From: Rhizobacter sp.
GTDB lineage: Bacteria > Pseudomonadota > Gammaproteobacteria > Burkholderiales > Burkholderiaceae_C
Length of the DNA: 53,513 bases
Direction: 5' to 3'
Assembly: GCA_031396425.1 (NCBI GenBank)
Contig: JANNKS010000051.1
Coordinates: 1-53,513, forward strand
The position numbers were made by a program, and so were the translations under genes. Position 1 is the first letter of the stretch; each line of letters starts with the position of its first letter. Below are positions 49,093 through 53,513 of the stretch, piece by piece. The notes below the pieces were generated by a model. It searched no databases. It was not told the DNA's origin and saw only the letters and a program-made list of their open reading frames with translations.

Positions 49093-49488
49093 TCAGGCGT
49101 GTGCCTCGGGCGCGCCCTGCCACAACATGTCGTAGCCAAGCTCGTTCGTCGCGCTGCACATCTTCGCCAACGCGCCGAACTTCTGCTTGAATGCAGCGTC
49201 GGCATGCGAGCGTTCGTGCTCGGCGAACGAACGCCAGTAGGTCACGATCACCAGGTCATGGTCGGCGGCATGGGTGGCGCCGAGCGTGCCTTCGTCGGAG
49301 ACGAATCCCGAGAAGCGGAACACCTGGCCGGCGATGAAGCCGCCTTTGTCGCCGCCGTAGGTTTCCTTGACGACGTTGCACATCTCGGCCAGCGCCTCCT
49401 CGACGTCGTCGTAGGAAACACCGTCTTTGAGCTTGACGGTGTTGAACAGCAGCTTGGCGCCAAAGGGCAGGGTGATCGGGCCGAACAT
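49093..49488 (-). CDS. Small hypothetical protein (131 aa), possibly a dimeric alpha/beta-barrel fold
   Basis: The ATG at 49488 gives 'MFGPITLPFGAKLLFNTVKLKDGVSYDDVEEALAEM...VIVTYWRSFAEHERSHADAAF', and codon usage is coding-like. The fold assignment is a guess based on the 'TYW.S...H' pattern shared with ABM-like proteins. Confidence 0.5.
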   Translation of the reverse strand: MFGPITLPFGAKLLFNTVKLKDGVSYDDVEEALAEMCNVVKETYGGDKGGFIAGQVFRFSGFVSDEGTLGATHAADHDLVIVTYWRSFAEHERSHADAAFKQKFGALAKMCSATNELGYDMLWQGAPEAHA

Positions 49489-49688
49489 GATGAATGTTGC
49501 AGGATAAGGGCCATTTATTGTCCTGGATGACCGGCCTGACTCCGCCAGGCCGTCGCCAAGACCCCGCCGCGTGCAGGGCGGTCGGCAGGTACTGACCTGC
49601 GCGGGCCTGCGCTGGGTCAAGGCGAGGTGGCGGCAGTGGTGCATGCTTCGACCCTTGCCACCGCAAATTCTCCGAAGGAGCATGTCCC

Positions 49689-50168
49689 ATGGTTCACCCA
49701 CTGCCGCTGGCGCTGCTCGCTGCGCTGTGCCTGACGGCGATGCCCGCCGCCGCGCAGCCCGTCGTGACGTATTCCAAGGTCGGCGCGAAGTTCGACGACG
49801 TTCGCGACGACCTGAAGGCGGCGATCGAATCCCGGGGCCTGGTGGTCGACTACGAGTCGCACATTGCCCGCATGCTCGATCGCACCGGCAAGGACGTCGG
49901 CTCGAGCAAACCGGTTTACGCCGACGCGCGGGCACTCCAGTTCTGCAGCGCCAAGCTGTCTCGCAAGACCATGGAGGCCAATCCCGCCAACGTCGTCATG
50001 TGCCCGTACGCGATCAGCGTCTACGCCACCGCGACCCGACCCGACCAGGTGTTCGTCGCCTATCGCCGGCCGATGCGTCCGGGCGGTGGGCAAGCGTCGC
50101 AGGCGGCGCTGAAGGAAGTCGACGCGCTGCTCGACGGCATCGCGCGCGAAGCGGTGGGGCGCAAGTGA
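49689..50168 (+). CDS. Secreted DUF302-like protein
   Basis: AAGGAG lies 9 nt upstream. The signal peptide is 'MVHPLPLALLAALCLTAMPAAAQP'. 'FDDVRDDLKAAIESRGLVVDYESH' and 'MCPYAISVYA' fit my memory of DUF302. Confidence 0.6.
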   Translation: MVHPLPLALLAALCLTAMPAAAQPVVTYSKVGAKFDDVRDDLKAAIESRGLVVDYESHIARMLDRTGKDVGSSKPVYADARALQFCSAKLSRKTMEANPANVVMCPYAISVYATATRPDQVFVAYRRPMRPGGGQASQAALKEVDALLDGIAREAVGRK

Positions 50169-50392
50169 CCTGAATCGGCGTGACTCGCGCGCGGGCTGCA
50201 GGCCCGAGTGCGTGAGGCGCTTCTCAGAGCCACATCACCCTCGCATTGGTCGGCCGCGAGTGCAGCGCTTCGACCTCGCCGCGCGCCGCTTCAGCACCGC
50301 AGGCTGGTTGATGGGGAACAGCAGCACGCCGACCTGGTCGCCGAATTCGAGGCACAGCACGGCATCCGTCGCGCGCAACCCGGGCGTTTCTT

Positions 50393-50562
50393 GAGGCCGG
50401 CTGGCTGATCACCGGGGACATCGGCCGTGTGGACGCACTGGGCCGGGTGTTCGTGACGTCGAAAGCGCCCTGCTGAAGCACCTCGACGTGCAGTTGGCTG
50501 CGGCGGTCGGCGGGCCCGACGAGTACGCAGGCGAAGTGCCGGTGGCCTTCGGGTCGCTGTAG
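50393..50562 (+). pseudogene. Remnant of the C-terminus of an AMP-binding acyl-CoA synthetase (frameshifted, internally deleted, N-terminal ~90% missing)
   Basis: One frame reads 'EAGWLITGDIGRVDALGRVFVT'. From 50455 the +2 frame reads 'DVESALLKHLDVQLAAAVGGPDEYAGEVPVAFGSL*'. These are the conserved 'GW.HTGD.G..D..G...I' and 'E.AL..HP.V..AAV.G.PD...GE.P.AF' blocks of adenylate-forming enzymes. The usual ~25 residues between them are absent. Confidence 0.55.
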
Positions 50563-50614
50563 CCTGCAATCGGTGCCCTTGCCGCCACCGGTGAGTGTGT
50601 AGCATCGTCGCGCC

Positions 50615-51343
50615 ATGGCCGACCACCGATGCCTGAATTGCGAGTCCACGTTTCCCGCGCCGGCGCGCTTCTGCCCGCAATGCAGCCAGCGCACGGACAC
50701 CGCCCGCCTGTCGTTTGCCGACATGACGCGCGACCTGATGCACGCGTTCGTGAACGTCGAGCGCGGGCCGCTGGTGTTCGCGTGGGCCCTGTTGACGCGG
50801 CCCGGCGGCATCGCGCGCGAGTACGTCGAAGGCAGGCGGCGGCGGCACTACGGGCCCTTCGCGACCCTGGTCGTGCTGGTGGGGCTGACGGCGCTGGCAC
50901 TAAATCTGTCGGGCTTCCAGGCCCTGACGCAGGAAGTTTCGAGCGCCCCGGCCGCCCTGCTGCATCGACATTTCAACCTGGTGCTGCTGGTGCAGTTGCC
51001 GCTGCTGGGCGCCGCATGCGCACTGCTGTTCCGCGCAGCGCATCTGACGCTGCCAGAACACATGGTGCTGGTGGCCTACACGCTGGGCATGCGCGCCGTC
51101 GCGCTGACGATCATCATGCCCATCGCACTGCTGAACTCGAACTCGGCGCCGACGTTCTGGCAGACAGCTGCGTTCTGGGCCGCGTGGTACGTCTACTTCG
51201 GCTGGGCCGCGTCGCAGTTCTACGCCGGTGCCCGCTGGCGTTCATGGCTGCGGGGCATGGTCGTCGCCGCCATTGGGCACGCGCTGATCATCGCCATCCT
51301 CGTCGCCGGGAGCGCGGTCTACGAAACGATGCGCAAGGCGTAG
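50615..51343 (+). CDS. DUF3667-like zinc-ribbon membrane protein
   Basis: The N-terminal zinc ribbon is 'CLNCESTF...FCPQCSQR'. It is followed by 'SFADMTRDLMHAFVNVERGPL' and 4-5 TM helices. Confidence 0.6.
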   Translation: MADHRCLNCESTFPAPARFCPQCSQRTDTARLSFADMTRDLMHAFVNVERGPLVFAWALLTRPGGIAREYVEGRRRRHYGPFATLVVLVGLTALALNLSGFQALTQEVSSAPAALLHRHFNLVLLVQLPLLGAACALLFRAAHLTLPEHMVLVAYTLGMRAVALTIIMPIALLNSNSAPTFWQTAAFWAAWYVYFGWAASQFYAGARWRSWLRGMVVAAIGHALIIAILVAGSAVYETMRKA

Positions 51344-51363
51344 CGCGACCGGCACAAGCATAC

Positions 51364-51384
51364 CGACCACTTCGTCAGTGGTCG
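51364..51384 (+). terminator. Perfect 8-bp stem / 5-nt loop hairpin downstream of the DUF3667 gene (weak terminator candidate)
   Basis: CGACCACT-tcgtc-AGTGGTCG, beginning 20 nt after the stop at 51343. No U-tract follows, so function as an intrinsic terminator is doubtful. Confidence 0.25.
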
Positions 51385-51650
51385 AACCACAGCAGGAACA
51401 TGGCCCTCCATCCGGCCAGCTCGCACGCAACCAGCGGTCGCTCAGGGAATCGTCGTACGAGCGGGCGTCGAAGGCTGATCGACCGGCCGCTGGTCGACGG
51501 AGTGAAGTGGCGCTGTCGACCCAGTGCGGACAGTCACGGCGTCAAACTGGGCAGCAGGAAGCAGTCCGTCACGTTGGGCCCTGTCGATGCAGCGCCGCAT
51601 GCAGGCAAGCAGCGCTCATCAAGTGGAACAGCGTCAATCGGGCACTCAAC

Positions 51651-53060
51651 TCATGGTGTAGCTGGCACTGAATTCTGGAAGCGTCTGAATTCCGCCGATC
51701 GGTCCAGGCTGCGTCGGGCTGCCAGGCGCAGCAAGCTGCGGGCTTCTTCGGAGATTCGAAATGCGGTCGGGATCTCGAGCACCTGCGTGCGCAGTGTCGA
51801 GTCATCCAGATCAGTCAGCTTGATCTCGATCGAGAAGATGTCGGCCTGCGATTCCGCGGCCCATTGGGGATCCGACCGCAGTTCCTTGCGCCACTGCTCG
51901 ACCGCGTCGCCCAGTACAAGTGATGTCTCCTTGGAAAAGCGCCCCAGGCCGCCAAAGATCATCGCGCCCAGCGCGTCCACCGTGCTCGGCACGGCGCCGC
52001 TGTGGTCGATGGGCAAACCATCATTGCTCTCCGAGTTCACCGAGATCAAGACGATGCGCCGGGGTACCGGGGTCGATGGCGACTGCCCCAGTCCGAGCAT
52101 GGACATCACGGCGCCGACGCCCCCGGCCTTGGCCACATAGTCGGTGAGCCGGCGCGTTCCCAAGTTGTCCGACAGACCGCCGTCGACCAGGTGGATGAAC
52201 TGGCGCCGCCCGCCGGCCATCGATTCGAACTCGCCTTTGACAAGTCGCACCCGCGCCGAGTCTGCCGCTGCCGCGCTGCCGCCGGGCCCCGTTCGCGGCC
52301 GCTGGGCGCAGCCCTCGCTGTGGTTCTGCAAGGTGAGCGGACTGAAGAGAACTGGCACGGCGCTCGACGAGGCGACCGCGACTGCCAGAGGCACGTGGTC
52401 AATCGATGAACACAGCAGCGCCAAACGATCGGACGTGAAGTTGAACTCGGCACCGGTAGACAGGTCGGTAGCGCCGATGATCAGGTAGGGCCGGCCCTTG
52501 AGTTGCGCCAGCTGCCCGAACGTGGTGGCCTTGAACAGCGTAGCGTCCAGTTGTTCGGCCAGCACGTGCCCCCGCCCGTACCAGGGCGAGCTCAAGCGGT
52601 ACAGGTTGTGTGGCGACAGCACGGCACTCACCAGACGACCCTGGAAGTCGACTTCCAGAAAGTCGGCCGGAAATCGTCTCAGGTGTTCGCGTGCGCCGTG
52701 CAGCGCCAGGTGTGCTGCCGCCACGCTGCCGCCGGACACACCGGTCACCATGTCGATCTCCCTGGCCAGCGTCGTCTCCTGTCCTCGCCACACGAAAGGT
52801 GCGGCGTCGAGTTCGCTCAGCACCGCGTGTGCGAAGGCGGCCGCTCTGGAGCCGCCGCCGGAGAAGTTGGCCACCACCAGCACATCCGGCAGGCGGCTGC
52901 TGTCGAACAACTGCGCCAGCCCGTCGTACTGCACCGTCTCCTGCGCCGCCAAGGCGGCATTGGACCAAGGTCTTGTGCTGGCGCAGCCTGCCGTGCCGAG
53001 CGCGATGAACAGGGTGGCGACAAACCAAGCGCAGCGCCGCAACAGCATCCTGTCATTCAT
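51651..53060 (-). CDS. Patatin-like phospholipase lipoprotein
   Basis: ATG at 53060 with AAGGAA upstream. The lipobox is 'FIALGTAGC|AS'. The oxyanion motif is 'FSGGGSRAAAF', the nucleophile motif is 'GVSGGS' (GxSxG), and the catalytic Asp is in 'LVDGGLSDNLG'. Confidence 0.85.
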   Translation of the reverse strand: MNDRMLLRRCAWFVATLFIALGTAGCASTRPWSNAALAAQETVQYDGLAQLFDSSRLPDVLVVANFSGGGSRAAAFAHAVLSELDAAPFVWRGQETTLAREIDMVTGVSGGSVAAAHLALHGAREHLRRFPADFLEVDFQGRLVSAVLSPHNLYRLSSPWYGRGHVLAEQLDATLFKATTFGQLAQLKGRPYLIIGATDLSTGAEFNFTSDRLALLCSSIDHVPLAVAVASSSAVPVLFSPLTLQNHSEGCAQRPRTGPGGSAAAADSARVRLVKGEFESMAGGRRQFIHLVDGGLSDNLGTRRLTDYVAKAGGVGAVMSMLGLGQSPSTPVPRRIVLISVNSESNDGLPIDHSGAVPSTVDALGAMIFGGLGRFSKETSLVLGDAVEQWRKELRSDPQWAAESQADIFSIEIKLTDLDDSTLRTQVLEIPTAFRISEEARSLLRLAARRSLDRSAEFRRFQNSVPATP

Positions 53061-53132
53061 CGCAGAGCGTTCCTTGGGCAGTGGTGAGGTGTGCGCGTAC
53101 CAAGGTCTTGTTGGCACAGGATGGCCTGACGC

Positions 53133-53513
53133 TCATTGCAATGGGTACTGGAACTTGTCCGTGTAGTCGTCCAGCACCTTGGCAACCTGGAGCAAGCGCC
53201 GGTCACTGTAGCGCTTGCCCGCCACCTGGATGTTCACGGGAAGACCGGACGGGCCCAGGCCGATGGGCATGGAAACCACCGGGCTGTTGGTGGTTGAGAA
53301 GACGGTCGTGTACGACTGGGTGGCGACGTAGTAGTGGATGTCCGCACCGTCCACTTGCAACGGTGTGTTGTAAATCTTGAAATCACCAAACATCTTGCTA
53401 TGCGCATGGTGCTTGAATGCGGTGGTCGCGCTGACAGGGCACAGCCACACGTCGTATTCCGAGAGAAAGTTGTCCATCTTGGTGATGTATTGGCTTTGCA
53501 GTTCAAACGCCTG
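53133..53513 (-). CDS. Amidase-signature-family amidase, C-terminal part (5' end beyond the window)
   Basis: The frame stays open to nt 53513 ('QAFELQSQYITKMDNFLSEYDVWLCPV...'). 'SPVVSMPIGLGPSGLPVNIQVAGKRYSDRRLLQVAKVL' is the typical amidase C-terminus. G+C is visibly lower, and there are more A/T-ending codons than in the rest of the window. Confidence 0.8.
   Translation of the reverse strand, partial: QAFELQSQYITKMDNFLSEYDVWLCPVSATTAFKHHAHSKMFGDFKIYNTPLQVDGADIHYYVATQSYTTVFSTTNSPVVSMPIGLGPSGLPVNIQVAGKRYSDRRLLQVAKVLDDYTDKFQYPLQ

Noticed and set aside
51651-53060. The patatin-like phospholipase as a CBASS-type (CapV-like) defence effector.
   Set aside because: No CD-NTase/cyclase or other CBASS component is adjacent. 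The protein also carries a lipoprotein signal, so it is extracytoplasmic, unlike cytoplasmic CapV effectors.

Overview
The window is a high-GC chromosomal segment. By eye it is about two-thirds G+C, with third codon positions almost all G/C. Gene families and composition suggest a Burkholderiales/Comamonadaceae-type betaproteobacterium; this is inference only. I call about 47 protein-coding genes and one degraded gene remnant. I recognised no rRNA, tRNA, CRISPR array, IS element, transposase or integrase. Gene order, left to right: (1) the 3' end of a type ISP R-M/N6-methylase gene plus a compact AAA+/winged-helix ATPase, pushed tail-to-tail into uvrA. (2) A lipoprotein gene divergent from an overlapping S1 protease / FHA membrane protein / SDR operon, which faces a leaderless alpha/beta-hydrolase::subtilase (S8) fusion. 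(3) PaaI thioesterase, an ABM protein and an incomplete LIV-type ABC cluster with an HCCA-isomerase-like gene. (4) A thioredoxin-fold lipoprotein, a DMT transporter, a PD-(D/E)xK-like protein, fadH, LysR, a DUF1127 protein and an MFP+RND efflux pair. (5) An orphan ParA-like ATPase, a DnaQ-like exonuclease and two overlapping membrane-anchored proteins, followed by MaoC, DMT and a Tat-exported Vgb-like propeller. (6) An eight-gene MarR-ended operon: enoyl-CoA hydratase, feruloyl-CoA-synthase-like ligase, thioesterase and a LIV-type ABC importer. (7) A TPR hybrid histidine kinase co-transcribed with an Ig+propeller lipoprotein, divergent from a LuxR-type response regulator. (8) Small proteins, acyl-CoA-synthetase debris, DUF3667, and a lower-GC patatin lipoprotein plus amidase at the right edge. 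No block matches a named defence or conflict system that I can recognise from sequence alone. The most unusual candidates for an undescribed system are the cytoplasmic lipase-like::S8 protease fusion (10197-12542), the adjacent translationally coupled periplasmic S1 protease / FHA-5TM pair (7116-9430), and the R-M-linked AAA+/wHTH ATPase (1571-2767). All functional links are hypotheses that need homology searches, synteny analysis and experiments.
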